NCBI RefSeq assembly: GCF_018350175.1
Contig: NC_058368.1
Location: forward strand, 169,074,001-169,138,000
Reading direction: 5' to 3'
Length of the DNA stretch: 64,000 nt
Origin: Felis catus
Taxonomy: Eukaryota
The notes below the pieces were generated by a model. It saw only the letters and a list, made by a program, of their open reading frames with translations, ran no database searches and was not told the DNA's origin. This document shows, piece after piece, positions 11,706 to 26,060 of this stretch. How positions within the stretch are numbered: the stretch's first letter is position 1; the number at the start of each line of letters is the position of its first letter. Both the position numbers and the translations under genes were made by a program.

Positions 11706-14525
11706 TAAATCCAATTTTTAAAGTGGGCAGAGGATTTGAATAAACATTTTTCCAAAGTTGACATACAAATGGCCAAGAGGCACATGAAAAGATGCTCAAC
11801 GTCACTAACCATCAGGGAACTGAAACTCAAAATAATGAGGTATCACCTCACACCTGTCAGAACAGCTATCATCAAAAAGACAAACAATAACAAATGTTGG
11901 CAAGGATTTGGAGAAAAGGGAACCCTTACTGTTGATTAGAATGTAAACTGGTATACCACTATGGAAAACAGTGTGGAGGTTCCTTGAATATTTAAAAACA
12001 GAACTACATATAATCCAGCAATTCCACTTCTGGGTATTTATTAAAAGAAAATGTAAACACCAATTCTAAAAGATATATTCACCTCCATGTTCAATGCAGC
12101 ATTATTTACAAGATATGGAAACAACCTAAGTTTCCACTGGTGAATAAATAAATTATTTTATATATACTAAATTTATATATATGAAATTCAACTATAAAAA
12201 TGAATGAAATCTAGACATTTGCAACAACATGGGTGAAATTTAAGGGCCTTATGCTAAGTGAAATAAGTGACAGAAAAATACAGTATGACCTTCCTTATAT
12301 ATAGTGGAATCTAAAAACAAAACAAAAAACAAAAAAGCAAAGAGCCAAAATCATAGATACAGAGAACAGATTGGTGGTTGCCAGAATGGAGGAGGGGATT
12401 TGAAATGGTGAAAAGGATGTTCAAGGTACAAATTTCCATTTATAAAAGAAATAAATCCTGGGAATGTAATGTAGAGCATGGTGACTATACTTAACAAAAC
12501 TATGCTGCATATTTGAAAGTTCCTAAGAGAGTAGATCTTAAGAGCCCTTAAATAAATGTGTAACTATGTATGGTGTCAGATGTTAACTAGACTTATTGTG
12601 ATCATTTTGCAATGTATACAAACATCAAATCATTATGTTGTACACCTAAAATTAATATGTTATATGTCAATTGTACTTCAGAAACAGAAGAAAAAAAACC
12701 CTAAACAAGCAAAAAAGTTAATCACTCACAGCAATAGTAGTAGGCAGAATAACATCCTGCACCTGTTCTCCAAATCCCAATTCCCACAGAGCAACATGAT
12801 TAGGACCAAGTGGTGCCTGCCCATGCAGAGGAGTGGGTTATATAGAAAGGGAGCCCCGAGATTAGGAAATCCCCATCTAAAGGTGCCTAGAAAACCTGCC
12901 CATCCTCCTTTCTAGAGAGAATCATTTTCTTTGTTACCCTGGGATATAAGCAAATTTGTTCTGGGGAGGGGAAAAAGATGCCTCTATGTTTTTAAATTTG
13001 TGACGTGAGAGATATTGCTATCTTTCCTACGCTGCCTGCTTATAACATTCTCCAAAACACAGTCTGAATTAAATTGGCTGTGAATGCCTAGGCATCTAGA
13101 AGCTTAGAGATTCATGGAGAATCATTTCCCAACGTGTGTGCCAACACTGATGAACTTGTGACTGGCAGAGGAAGTCGCTAGGAAAGTTATTATCTGATAG
13201 CCTTAATTTTTTTTGAGCCAAGTACCAGGTAAGATTATTCACAAAGAAAGGGTGCTGCAATTGGGGAGGGGGGTAGGTTTCAAAGGCAATAGAGAATGAA
13301 AAAGTACTGGAGGACAGTGTGAGAGATAACTGGCTAAGACCCACAGAAGGCTTCTCCAGCATCCGGGGCCCAGGTGGTGCCCTAGCAAAGACCGCCTGCT
13401 AGAAGATGGCTAAAGGGGTGGGACATTGCAGACCAAGTACCATGGGATCCCAGAGAGGTGAGGGCAGAAGCTGGAAGGACTTAAGAGATGGACCACGAGA
13501 CCTAGGCAGTATTTCCTAACCCTTTGCAGCTGGTGACAACTGGAGTCAATGGGGACAGCTTGCAGGGGGAAGCCATGACCTGGGACTGCTATACACCTGT
13601 TGCTCCATCAGGACACGTTGGGGGGAAACCCAGAGCTACAGATAGAAGTCAAGCTAGAGGAGTTATTACACTGATATCCGAGGTCTACATAAGGCTGAAC
13701 CTATGCACTAGGGGTGAATGAGGGAGTGACAGCTGGAAGTCTTTGGGTAGAGTAGCAATACCTCAACAGTAGTGAGTCTCCTGAAGCACACCCACAGACT
13801 CTCTCGGTTCGTGTAGGATCCCACAGCGGAGTATGTCACCATGTTCCCCTCGATCAGCCTAAAAGGAGCCCACAGGCCTAGTAACACTGCTGCTCATCTT
13901 CCAGGTCCTGAGTCCACTGGTAGCCACACCGTGGCTGCTCTCACCGTCTGGGCCACACAGGCCACTAAAGCCCAGTGCCCAGGTCCCCAACCACCTCTAG
14001 TCTATGTGGGTTTCCTTCCAGTGCATCTCAGGGAGGGGTGGGGCTGCGGCTGCAGGGCTCCCACCCACTTCCACCCATATCTACCTGCCATTCCCTCTCC
14101 TTTTGCCTCCCATTCTCCATGCAGACTCAGAGCTGGGAAGTAGGGTCCTGGCTCCTCACACATTTTAAAACTTCTTGATCACCTGCAGGGTCCAGGCTTT
14201 TGAAACTTAAAAGTTTCTTTTTTGCATTTCTGCCAATAATAACCCTTCTTTGTGTAAAAGACTCACAAGTGGTCCAGCTGCTGTCAGTGGGCGGAAGGGC
14301 AGGTGTAACAGCAAATATAGGGAGGGGGAGAATCACCCAGCAATATTTTATTTTTATTTCATCTCACTGCAATATTCAACCCACACGGCACAATGCCCTA
14401 GCATCTGGCAGCCGTGGGAACTCTAGAGCACTTCTCCCCAGCCCCCTTTCATCTGAATTTCTTTCCAGATCTGACACCCTCTGTTTCTCCACAAATGAGT
14501 GCCTCCTACCCCCAGGCCCCCCACC

Positions 14526-14698
14526 TTTTTTTAAGTTTGTTGCTTTGTTTGTTTGTTTTGAGAGAGAGAGAATTCCAAGCAGTCTTAGTGCTGTCAGCAC
14601 AGAGCCCAAGGCAGGGCCCAAACCCACGAACTGTGAGATCATGACCTGAGCCAAAACCAAGAGTCCGATGTTTAACTGACCAAGCCACCAGGTGCCCC
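14526..14698 (-). mobile_element. Can-SINE
   Basis: 'gtgctgtcagcacagagccc...gagatcatgacctgagccaaaaccaagagtc...ccaggtgcccc'. Confidence 0.93.
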
Positions 14699-17600
14699 CC
14701 AGGTGCCTCTTAAGCTAGGACTCTTCCCTTCCTCCTCCTACTTTCCCTTCCTGCCCTGCCTGGGGCTCCCTGGGAGCTCTGCCCAGGATGTTTACAGAAG
14801 AATACTGAGCAGCAGGGAAATGCTTCTCTCTGTCAGGCCCCCGTGTTGTCACCAACTCTTCTGAATTGACCATCCATCTTGTGTCATTACTGCTAAATTC
14901 TGGGCTCAAGTTCTTATGTGGGGCCCTGAATAAATCTAAACAAAGCCCTGAGGAAAAAAACCCAGCCCAAGATGAATCAAACACAGTTTGCCTCTAGTGT
15001 GTGCATTGCCTTGTTAATGTCGTTTGGCTCCTTTCAGAATGAATGATTCCAGTCACAATCCAATTGCTAGCTGGAGAACAAAACCCTGTTCAGTCCCTGA
15101 AGTCTCGCCCGGTGGGAGGCCCAGGGTTGCTCTGGCTAGAACACCACTTCTCGAAGACCTCATCTGTGAATCCAATATTTTCCTCTGTAGAATTCTCCAT
15201 TGCTTCTGAAATGCTGAGGCCTGAGTTTTGTATATAGCACAGGTTCGAAGTTTGAGACTAAATTAATTTCTTTGGAGATTATTATTCCAGGATTGTGCTA
15301 TATTCAGTAAATCTTGCAACTTTGCCTTTAAGTCTAGTTTGGCTTCCCAGCTGATGTAATACCCAGAAGCTGCATTTAGCCGAGAGGAAATGGGAGCAAG
15401 AAGGTAGCAAGAGTCTTTCTGTACCTCCATAGAGAAAGCATATGATGCCACACCAGATACTGATGTGCTAAGTTAAAATAAGGGAGCCTAAGATTTGTAT
15501 AGAGCTTTAAAGTTTGTAAAGGGCTTTCCCATATGTCATGGCATTTCTTTTATGGGTTTACTCTGGCATTAGGACAATTTCCATTTTCTAGATAGAGGGC
15601 TGAGCTGAGGCCAAAGCCTGGGTTCTGCTCTTAGCTGCGTCACTGATTAGTTACTAACAATAGCAGAGAGCCCAGGTCCTGATGTCAGCCTTAGTCTCTC
15701 TCCCAACAGTTCGCATGATGATGAACTGTCTTTCGCCCGTGACATTGCATTCAAGGAAGCTGGGCCATACCCCCCTTGGAAACCTCAGAATCTTTTAAGA
15801 AGATTTCTTTGAAGACGCCTTGTATTCCTCAGAGGAGACCAGTTAGCCAACAGGTTGGGCCTTTTCCAAAGTCAAAGTGTGCCTATCAGTGAGCTACCCT
15901 ACCTGCCTCCCTCAGGAAACCCTCTGGTTGTGTCCCCTGTAATCTACCACACTGTTCACCCTGACCACACACTGAGTGAAGAGTGGAAGAGCAGCGGAAG
16001 GAAGCTGGGATTTTTTTCCAACAGCTGCAGGAAGGATTCACCCAACATCAGTGCATTCAGATCTGACTGTTATGCTTCGGCTTTGGAAAATGCCCATCCT
16101 GTCAGCCAACTGACACGTTCCAGGAATACGAGGGAGCCTGACATAAATGTGCTCAAACGCTCCTGAGACTCTAAAGAGACACATGGCCTGTCAAGCTGGG
16201 GTCTCTTGTGACAGTCCACTTCTATACAGGCGAAGCAATGAGTGCCCATGTGTCCAGCAGCTGTCACAAGAATCTGCTCAGGGATCACCTTGTCTAAGGC
16301 AGCTTTTAAGAATAGTGGCTGGAGCCCTGGGCCCCAAACCAAGGGCGAACATTGATCCTGGTCCCGCCAGCTTTGGTGGGGGTGGTGGCTAACTACATCG
16401 TACCATACCAGTCAACAAATGTGCAGATTTGGGAAGACAATATGGATATCCCAGCAGCTCAGAGGTACAATTGTGCCCATGATCAAGCAGCCCCATTCCT
16501 TCAGGCCTTGCACAGAACTCCAAAATTTCAGTGCTCAGCAAGCACTCTGGGTTATCCAGTGTCAGCCAGAAACTAAAGAGATGTCTGCTCAACCCAGAGG
16601 AAAGAAACAGCTCAGCTCAACCTGGTCATTTTCTTTCTCATTTTTCAAAGCCCTTTACCTTCCTCTCAGAAGCCTCTAGGGGTAGAGAAAACCAAGTGCT
16701 GACTCCAGCTTTTCTTCCCCCTTTTCAGTTTATTGGCTTTGAGTTTGATGCTTCTGCTTCCCAATTAGATACTAACCTTTTCTAAGGCTATTTGATCTCT
16801 CTTCACTGTTTGTATTGTCCTAAGGTGCTTTGCCTGCCTTCGCAGAATGGATTTATATCCAGCTTTCTGGATAAGATGTCTCCTCCAATAGCACAGGGCC
16901 AGAATTTGGGGTGCCTCACACTTGCCTTCAAAAGTATTCCTGCCCATACCCACTGTTTTGGGGGCGGAGAGCTGTTACGGAAGCCTCTTTGGAAATTATG
17001 GAGCTGCCTTAGCTTGGTTTTCTTACCCAATGTGATCTCGACATCCTTCATGGAAGACTGTTCTCATCCTGATTCTTTGGGAAATGGTAGTATAATCTCA
17101 GCCCAAAAAGGCATCAGGAGACTTGAGTGATTGTGACATGCCACCTCACCCAAGCAGCCAGCAATGGTAACCTTTCTTTTCCAAAGTCAAGTTACTTTTC
17201 CAGACCCACTTGCATTCCTTCATAGGCGTGTGAAAGTCATGGGAATGGTCAGGAAGCAGACAGCGGCCCGTGGACAGAGCTAACAATAGGTGTTAGATCT
17301 AAGGGGAAACATGGAGGCTAACGTTGCTCTGAGATCCTGTAAGTCCCCATCCCTCACAAGAGAGGGACTCTGAATATCCACTCCTCATCCCCCAAAGCTG
17401 CCTGCTCTGAGATAGTGAACTCACTACCAGCAGGGAAGAAATAGACAGTGAATGAGGAGAAGGTTTCACTTCCCAAGAGTCAAACATGGTGGAGGAAATG
17501 CACAAAAAAATCCAAACTTCTCACTTGAACCAATGATTTCAAGTGCTTCCTCTACCTTGGGTTGTCCAAACATTGCAGAAAAAGGAAAGACAAAGGCCAT

Positions 17601-19445
17601 GAAATGCAAGAGCACTGAGAATATTAGGCCTTGTAATTAATTTAGGGGATACTAGGACTCAGGGAATTGGTTTTCAAAATGCTGGAAAATGGCTCTAGTC
17701 AGTTGATCAGTGAGATTGTGTGTGAACTCTTCAGAGAGTGTAATAGGGCATAAAACTTCAGGCCTGCAGAACAGCCTGCCTTCTTTGAACACCTGCCAGC
17801 ACTGAACCTCAGCACACAACACTGATTTGGTTCTGGCCCCAAAGTCTCTACCAGTAGCCTGATCAAACGAGATTATGCCCCAGGCATGCTATGAAGATTC
17901 TTTGAGTAAACATTGCTTGGAAAACATGACAGACAGCCAGGGTCTCTTGCGTTTTGCTGGGATTAATGTTCCCACTCATGGTTTGGTTTCTCCTGTCTTT
18001 CTCCTCCTCCCCTCTCCGCCTCCGTAACCCTTGCAATGCTGCTGTTGATTGTGTGAGACTCAGCCGGTATGGTTGATCTGGAAACTCAGCCCTCAGGAGA
18101 TTTATTTCCACACCCCACCTCTGGCCTCTCTCCCCCAGAGACTGCTTCAATGACTCTGGGACTCACAGCCACTAAACACTGTCAGGAAGAGGCAAGAGTA
18201 ATTTTGAAACAGAATGATGGTTTTCCCACACACACGAAAAAATTAAAATTACTAAAATAACTGAACATAACCTTATTAGATATTGCTAATCACTTAGTAA
18301 GTATTATCACCTTGTCCCAGATTTCCTGGGTTCCTTTAACATGCCTAGAGTCACCCACAAACCTGCAAAGGGTCCTGAACGTTCATTGTAGCCTCTTCTC
18401 CAGACCTTTTTTCTCTCATCAGCTTTGAACACTCAGCCACCTTAGTCCACACTGACTTTCTAGGGAAAATAAGGGGACTCAGGTTGTCAAATTTTACTCA
18501 ACTCAACTCAAAGCATTTGCATTTGTAATAGATTGGAGTAGCCTTTCTGAGACATCACTGGAATTTTTTTTCAACTGCTTGCTATCCCTTCCCCCAGTCT
18601 TAAGCCAAGCTAACTCTTTAGAGAATTCAAAATATCAGGAAACAAATCAATGCGCACCCTCATGCTTTTTATCTGATGACTGAATGTTACAATCATTACT
18701 AATTCTGGCACCTTTTTCCTTAGGACTGAACAAGATCTGATCACTTTGGTTTGGTAGGCTATTTTATGGAGCTTTTATAATCAGCATTCCTTGTCAAGGT
18801 GGCGTTTTCTAAGGAAAGCGGTTTGTGTATTTCGACTCACTCTGAGCAATAGATTAGGAAATCTGAGGTTTGAGGAGAGAAGAAAAGCAGTGTTGGAGAC
18901 TGCCGAAACTTGGACATGGGACCGAGAGTNNNNNNNNNNNNNNNNNNNNNNNNNNNNNNNNNNNNNNNNNNNNNNNNNNNNNNNNNNNNNNNNNNNNNNN
19001 NNNNNNNNNNNNNNNNNNNNNNNNNNNNNNNNNNNNNNNNNNNNNNNNNNNNNNNNNNNNNCAGTTACACACTGACATAAGCACCTACATTTTTACAGAG
19101 AAGGTAAGAATCTTAGCCCTGGGCAGTGAGGAGTCTCTGTGAGACTCACTCTGAGCTTCTGTTCTTCCACTCTCCAGGCTCTGCTGGTTGACTTCTATGT
19201 GTGTCCCTTCTGCTTCGGTCCCAACCCAATTACCTTGGGATGATGTGTTTTTGCATCAGATCCCCACAAATGCAAAATGTATTTGAGTCCCTTAAATGCA
19301 AACATCAAGGGAGGCTTCAGAGCCCTGTCAGGAACTGACACTGGGCCTGCCAGCCCATAGTCTCAGTGTTTTCTCCTCTCTGTGATTATGAGGGTCTGTG
19401 TTGCCACATAGTTTTTGTGATCGTGTGGTTTGGGCTTTTGTTTTT

Positions 19446-19655
19446 CTTTATTTAAAAAAAAATTTTTTAACATTTATTTATTTTTGAGAGAAAGAGACAG
19501 AGCATGAGAGGGGCAGAGAGAGGGGAAGACACAGTATATGAAGCAGGCTCCAGTCTGTCACACAGAGCCTGACGCAGGGATCAAACTCACGCGCGGTGAG
19601 ATCATGACCTAAGCTGAAGTCGGGCACTTAACCAACTGAGCCACCCAGGGGACCC
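19446..19655 (-). mobile_element. Can-SINE
   Basis: Reverse-complement SINE; target-site duplication 'tgggcttttgttttt/tgggtttttgttttt'. Confidence 0.93.
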
Positions 19656-19769
19656 TGGGTTTTTGTTTTTAAAACAACCTCCCAATTGTGTCAGGTAAAA
19701 GAGGTTCCTGACATCAGGCAGATCATGGTCACCCTGAAGAGGTGCCATTAAACAACCTCACACCATTTC

Positions 19770-20255
19770 TCCCTTGTATGATTAAGATGTGATTTCAAAA
19801 ACTTCAAATGCAGTGGCTTAAAAAAGAAGTTCACTTTTCTCTCACACATACATCTGAAGTCAGGTGGACCAGTGCTTATTACTAAAAGCCTCAGTGAGAT
19901 AAGGCCCAGCTCACTCTCACTATGTGTAGCTTCCATCCCCAAGGCCCCGTCGAGGTCTAAGCTGGCTGCCCCAGCTCCAGCTGTCCGGGTCACACTCCAG
20001 TCAGAAAGAAGGAAAAAAAAGCAAGGATAAAGGCATGCTTTCTTCCTGTAAGGGCACTTCTAGAAAATGGCATGCCCCATTTCTGCTTCCATCTCATTGA
20101 GTAGAACTTTGTCGCACTGCCAGCTTCAAGAGGGTGGAAGATATAGTCTTTTTTTTTCCCGAAAATCCTATGCCTTGCTACAAAATAGGGTTTCTATTAT
20201 TACAGAAGAAGGAGGAGTGAATACTTTTAAGAACAGCCAGAAACGCCTGCCACAC
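19770..20255 (-). mobile_element. Old MaLR LTR (MLT1K-like)
   Basis: 'cagtggcttaaaaaagaagttcacttttctctcac...ccatctcattgagtagaacttt...ctgccaca'. Confidence 0.6.
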
Positions 20256-20514
20256 AGTCTTCGTTCTATTCCCCTCAACACACGTATTTTTATATTGCCA
20301 CATTAAATTATCTTTAATCTTGTTCTGTGCTCAAATCCATCCCAGACGTTGCCAACAGACTCCAAAATTTCAGACTAATTTGGATCAAAATCTCTTGAAA
20401 CTTCCCTCAGTGGCTAGATTTGCATTTCCTACTGAAAAACCCCTGGCGTTTCTTAATCATGCAATACTGCCAGCACCTTGGTTCTTAACTTCTTGACTCA
20501 CACAGCCGCAAGAC

Positions 20515-20515
<1 letters not shown>

Positions 20516-20549
<34 letters not shown>
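20516..20549. repeat. (CA)n microsatellite
   Basis: Directly visible in the sequence. Confidence 0.97.
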
Positions 20550-20552
<3 letters not shown>

Positions 20553-20759
20553 CCCACATTCTTATTTTTTTCATTCATCCGGAAAGAAATTATAACTACA
20601 GATGTTTATTGATACAATCTTGTGGTTTTCTTTAGCAACTAGAATGTAGTGATCTTCCAGTCTCCTTTTTAAGAAGAGACAGAGGGTCCTCCTCCAAATA
20701 AGAATCACCAGAGCTGTGTGCCTTGACATCCTTGGGCTATCTCAAAATAATGCCTGCTT

Positions 20760-21850
20760 ATTATTTTTAAGAAAGACTGCTTTTTAATCATTATAGTAAC
20801 ATTATAGATAGAACATGGGGAAATGGGTAAAAGAAAATATAATATCTATTATGCATTATCTATAAGCTCATTAGTCTCACCCAGGCACTGCTGTCATTGG
20901 GGCAATTTTCCTTCAGCCTTTTTTCAAACGGGCGTAATTTTATAAAATGTATATATACATCTTTATTTGACATTATTTCCTAACATTTTTCATATTTGTA
21001 CATTAGTTTTCAATAAGCCCATTATTTTAATAACTACATAATGGAGTAGATATATCATAATTTCTGTAATAGTTCCCCGCGGTTGGCATGCAGGTTGCAC
21101 CCAATTTCTTTTCCTTTCCCCGAGATAATAAACAATAGGGGCTCATAAAGATTCATTGTATATTCAGAATCCCAGGGATTCAGAATTTTATTTATTAAAT
21201 AGATATTTGAAAAACTAGTTTGTTTTTATTACACAAATAATACATTCACATGTTTAAAAAAATGAAAAAAGGTAACCAGAGAGGAGGGTATAAAATGACC
21301 TTTCCTTGTCCTGGGCACTAGCTTCACCCCCCCCCCCCCATCATGTCATGTTTCTGCTTTTATTCTCTCACAATGACCTTCTGTCATAACTTTAAACAAT
21401 ATTTATGTGGCTTTAAATATTTACATCTATGAGCTGGTATCTCCTGAATTTATATTGTCCTCTTGAGTAAGGATTCTATGTGCATCAAGGTCTAATGGAT
21501 TCATTTTTATTTACTCTCTGCTTTTTTCACATCCCCCAGCTCATACTCAACTCTCTGTCTCTTGTTTCTGATGCCATTAATCTTCCGGACTCCTTACTTG
21601 TGCTTTTCTGGAAATCTACTTCAAATATTTTTTTCAAAAGAATGTATTAGAGGGTAAACTTTGTGAGTGTTTTCAGGTCAAAAAGCACCAGCCCCACCCC
21701 TACCACCAGATTGATAGTTCAGTTGGGTATAGATCTCTAGGACCAAATATCCCTTTTACCTCAGGACTCTGAAGATAGTCTTATATAGACAAATCTAACA
21801 ACAGTGCTGAAAACTCTGATGTGACATCAGTCTGGTTCTTCTTCCTTGGG
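20760..21850 (-). mobile_element. Ancient L1 (L1ME/HAL-like) fragments
   Basis: AT-rich degraded text such as 'ccattattttaataactacataatggagtagatatatcataatt' and 'gatagttcagttgggtatagatctctagg'. Confidence 0.45.
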
Positions 21851-21869
21851 ATCCAGGGCACACATTCCA

Positions 21870-21982
21870 CAGCATGGTTTCTCAATTTCAGCACTACTGA
21901 CATTTTAGGCCCAATAGTTCCTAGTTGTGGGGTCTGTCCTGGACACTTAACAGCATGCCTGTCCTTACCCCACTAGATGCAA
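21870..21982. mobile_element. MER20 (hAT-Charlie) fragment
   Basis: 'tggtttctcaatttcagcactactgacatttt...ttgtggggtctgtcctg...taccccactagatgc'. Confidence 0.8.
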
Positions 21983-23524
21983 TTATGGTTTAATAACTGT
22001 GCTAACAGAACTAGTCATGGTAAGGTTAGGGCATAGAGGAGAGTTTTTTCCATGGTGGTGGCAGGGGGGCAGGGAGCTGTAGGGTGACATTTGAGCTAGA
22101 TTTAAACAAAGGAGAAGGGGAGTTAGGCAGGCAGGGATTGGGGAGACCATGTTCCTGGCAGCGTGGAAATCAAACGCTGGAAATCAAATCACACCCAGGA
22201 GACTTCAAGAAGAGCTGTGGCAGGGACCTTATGGAGACGAGGTGACGGGGGGAGGAAAGGAAAGAAGGGCCAAGTCTTAGAAAGGGTGCTGTGTTCTAGT
22301 AGAAGGAGATGTTTATCAGGATTGTTTTGGTTGCAGGTGACACCAGAACCATCACTCTTTCCTCTCCTTCTCCCTTCCATCCTATACTCCATCCCTCTAT
22401 GTCTCCTTCTCTTGGCTCAGACTTTCTTGATCTCAGTCATTGTCAGAGAGTTGGTCCTCAAGTGTGGGATCATTGGAAATTAATGATTCCAGAGAGTAGG
22501 GGATGGTGTTTTCCTCACAGCTCCAGCAAAAGTCCCAGAGAAAATGTGGATTAGCTCTGTGGGGATTGGCAGGGCATCTCTGACCAAGTCAGCGGGGATG
22601 GGGTCACCCAGGGCAGGCCTGAGTATGTGCCTACCCCTTAAGTGGAGAACAGGAGGGAGATGCTGACAGGCAAAACAAAACAAAACAAACAAACAAACAA
22701 AAAACACATTTCCTCTATAGGGAGCTACTGAAGGGATTTTAGAGTGATGGTTGCTGCACCAAAGTGAAAATGGATGGGAGGGACGGACCAGCATCTAGAA
22801 AGATGGGTTGGCAAGTCTTGTAAAGCCTGGGACTGAACTGAAGAGGGCTATGGGGCTACAGAAGAAATGGCACACTGAAGAGATGTTTAGCAAGAACAGG
22901 CTCAAAGTGAGGGTTGCTTGAGTCTGGGCATGAAGCGGGGAGGTGTCTAGGTTGACAGACTTGATTTCTGATTTGTGAGAGGGTATCCCCTTGCCAAGCC
23001 TCTGATGACAGACCTTTCCTTGCCCCCTGTGACATTTTGGAGCTGAAAAACACCAGGGGCTGAGGGGAAACACATCCAATAAAACAAAGAGAAGTGAAGA
23101 GGGTCTCAAGAGTACTGGGTTGTTTTTTTTTTTATTCCTTTTCTCACATTTCCTGCCTTTCTAATATATATGTAAATTTGTTAGCAAGAAAAAGGGGCAG
23201 GGGCCTCTTACTAATCGAATCAGTGTGTATTAATTATGCATTAGTGGAGATTATTCCACAATTCATTGCAGTCCTCACAACCAGTCTTCAAGCAAAAGGC
23301 AAGTATAGAATATAATTTTTCATGATAATAATGATATCTACTAGAGAAAAAGAGTCCTCAGCACCACTCTCGCTGGAAACCTTATCAGGAGTACAGTACT
23401 TGACAAACTGTCTGTTGGGGTTTGACAAACAGCCAGGTTCTGTGGCCAAACACCATGTGTGTGCAGAGGCCAGCTCCAGGCTGGGCTAAGGGAAGCATCT
23501 GAAGGTGCCAAGGCTGCCGCAGAC

Positions 23525-23871
23525 ACGACAGACTGGGTGGCTTAAACAACAGAAATTTATTTACTCACAGTTCTGGAGGGTAGGTGTCCAAGATCAAGGT
23601 TCTGGCCCATTTGGTTTCTGGTGAGAGCCCTCTTTCTGGCTTGCCAATGGTCACCTTCTCACTGTGTCCTCGCAAGGCCTTTCATTGGCGTGCCCATGAA
23701 GAGAGAGAACTTACAAGGACACTAGTTCTACTGAATTAGAGCAATACCCCATGACCTCACTTAATCTTTATTATCTCCTTATAAGCCCTATCTCAAGTCC
23801 AGTTAGGGAGTTAGGGCTCTAACGTATGAACTGGGGGTTGGGGGAGGGGAGACACAATTTGGTCCATAGCA
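23525..23871 (-). mobile_element. MaLR solo LTR (MLT1B-like)
   Basis: 'gactgggtggcttaaacaacagaaatttatttactcacagttctggagg...gacacaatttggtccatagca'. Confidence 0.85.
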
Positions 23872-23923
23872 GGAAGCCTGCACACAATGCAAGTAGTTTT
23901 GAGTTGCATTTCTTTTGACCTCA

Positions 23924-24124
23924 TTTCTTTTTTGTAATGTTTTATTTATTTTTAAGAGACAGAACGTAAGTGGGAGAGGAGCAGAGAGTGAAGAGGACAG
24001 AGTATCCAAAGCAAGCTCTGTGCTGAAAGCAGTGAGCCCGATCTGGGGCTCAAACTCACAAACTGTAAGATCATAATCTGAGCCGAAGTTGGACACTCAA
24101 CTGACTGAGCCACCCAGGCATTCT
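23924..24124 (-). mobile_element. Can-SINE
   Basis: Reverse-complement SINE ending 'actgactgagccacccaggca'. Confidence 0.93.
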
Positions 24125-25420
24125 ACCTTGTTTCTAGAACTTCTGAGGTTATTTGCACTGGAAAAGAGGGTTATAGCTGAAGTGGCTAGATCTAAATGAT
24201 ATTGAATAATTCTCCATCCTGTTGCAAGGCTCTCTTGGCATTTCTTGTCCAGGCTCAGAGACAGAGAGGGCAGAGGTGGCCAGCATTTCCTCTGAAGTCT
24301 CTCAAAACCCAGATCTGGAGCCTTGAACATGTATAATATGGATAAGTAAAGATGGAGTCACAGTCAGCCAAGCAACACCCACAAGCTACCAATGGCCTGG
24401 AATTGAGAACCAGAGGTTTTTTTCAGGAACACGTTCTTCAACATCTCTGCAGCTCAGGTTTCTCGTGTCCAACACAAGACTAATGATACCAGTCTTAGGG
24501 GGTTGTCATGCACATCAGATAAAATGATGCATGTAAGTGGCTGGCCTTTCAGAATTCACTGCTTTTGTTTCTCTGTTTTGGCACAATGGGGACTATTCCA
24601 AGGACTTCTACTCTCCTTGCCTAGAAAATGAACTTTGCTCCACAGGACAGATAGCCACTATAGAGATTCTGCCAATTGCTAGTTTCATCTTTTCTGACTA
24701 TATCTTCAAGAGTCTGAGAAGTAGAACAGACCCATCAGACACATTGCAAGATGACCATGGACCAAAACATGAACTTGTGCCCAACAGCTGATCTCATATT
24801 GACTGGTAGAATCACATGGCATTGTAAAAGCTAAGATCAATGATTCACTTCCCTCTTCCAATGCACAGTGACCCTGGTAAATGTCTGCAAGTCCCTTTGA
24901 AAAGGCTAAAAGGGAGATTTAGAGGATATTTTTCTGACTTTATCATCAGGTCCTTCCTCAAGTTTATATCACACTCCTTCACTCAGGAAGCTCCAGATCT
25001 GTGAACCATCTCACCTGGGAATCAGGTGAAGGGCCTTGACCTTCTATCATGATTGTTTTATTTATTTGCAAGGTTCAGAGTCAGCCTTCTATTTGCAAGG
25101 TTCAGAGTTTCTTCAGCTACACAGTTCAAGGAACGCTTTAGTGGGCTGCTCATCCATCTTAATTCTCGGGACACTGTGAGCAATCAGCCACCAACAAAGG
25201 TCCCTGAGGTCAAAACATTCTGATATGCCATCTGGTCATTTGCCCATGACAGAAACTCTACCAATATCACCCCTGGCAGATACATGCTGTTGCTTGGCCT
25301 TCTCCGTCCACAATCTAAATATCCACATCAAGACCAAGGAGGCCATTTCATGGGCAGCATGGGTCACTTTCATCCTGGCCCTCACGGTACAGACACCTCT
25401 GAACTTTTCATGATATGAGC

Positions 25421-26060
25421 TGTCATAGCTCAGGTAACCCAGAAGCAGATACTGATCAGGATTTATGTGAGTAAATAATTTACTGAGGAGTGCTCTCAGA
25501 AGAAAGTGATTGAGTCAGTTGGGTGTCTGACTCTTGCTTTCAGCTTGGGTCATGATCTCATGTGATCTCAAACCCACATCGGGCTTTGTGCTGACAGTGT
25601 GGATTCTGCTTGGGATTCTCTCTCTCCCTCTGTCTCTGCCTCTCCCCTGCTTGTGCACATGCTCATTCTCTCTCTCTCTCTCTCTCAAAATAAACTTAAG
25701 AAAAACTGAGTTAAAAAAAGACGAAGAAGGCAAGTGAGAGAAGCAGGTTACAGCAGGGGAAGAAAGCTAAGCAAGGAGGTCTTGGCTGGGTACTAGCATC
25801 AGCCTGGTCCTCAAGGAGTGCTGAGGTATGAATTGCCTCTTTGAAGCAAGGGGACCTACCTCAGATTCCTGTTAGTCAGTCTTTGGCCTCTGGCTGCCTG
25901 GGAAGGCAATGCAAGTGGTGTGATCTCCCAGGCAAATGGCTTCTGCTGGGTGGAAGGAAATTCTACGGAGAAGGCAGAAGCCATCACTAAGAGCAGCTGG
26001 ATGATAGATGTTCCAGCCTCATGATGGGGATCTGGGCACAAAACCAACAGTATCTACCAT
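25421..26060 (-). mobile_element. ERVL-class solo LTR (LTR16/LTR33-like) containing a SINE
   Basis: 'tgtcatagctcaggtaacccagaagcagatactgatcaggattt' is the reverse complement of the ERVL LTR 3' end. Confidence 0.55.
25513..25718 (+). mobile_element. Can-SINE (5' head incomplete)
   Basis: 'gactcttgctttcagcttgggtcatgatctca...ctgcttgggattctctctct...caaaataaa'. Confidence 0.9.

Larger units (their letters stand above)
9433..12698 (+). mobile_element. 5'-truncated old L1 (ORF2 RT to 3' UTR; L1MA/L1_Carn-age), with three SINE insertions and three N-gaps
   Basis: Disrupted ORF2 peptides (e.g. [42 protein letters not shown]) and an L1MA-type 3' UTR ending in an A-rich tail. Confidence 0.95.

Noticed and set aside
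14200-14649. 149-aa ORF with a signal-peptide-like N-terminus
   Set aside because: It starts at a non-ATG codon (TTG), its C-terminus is antisense SINE, and I recognise no homology.
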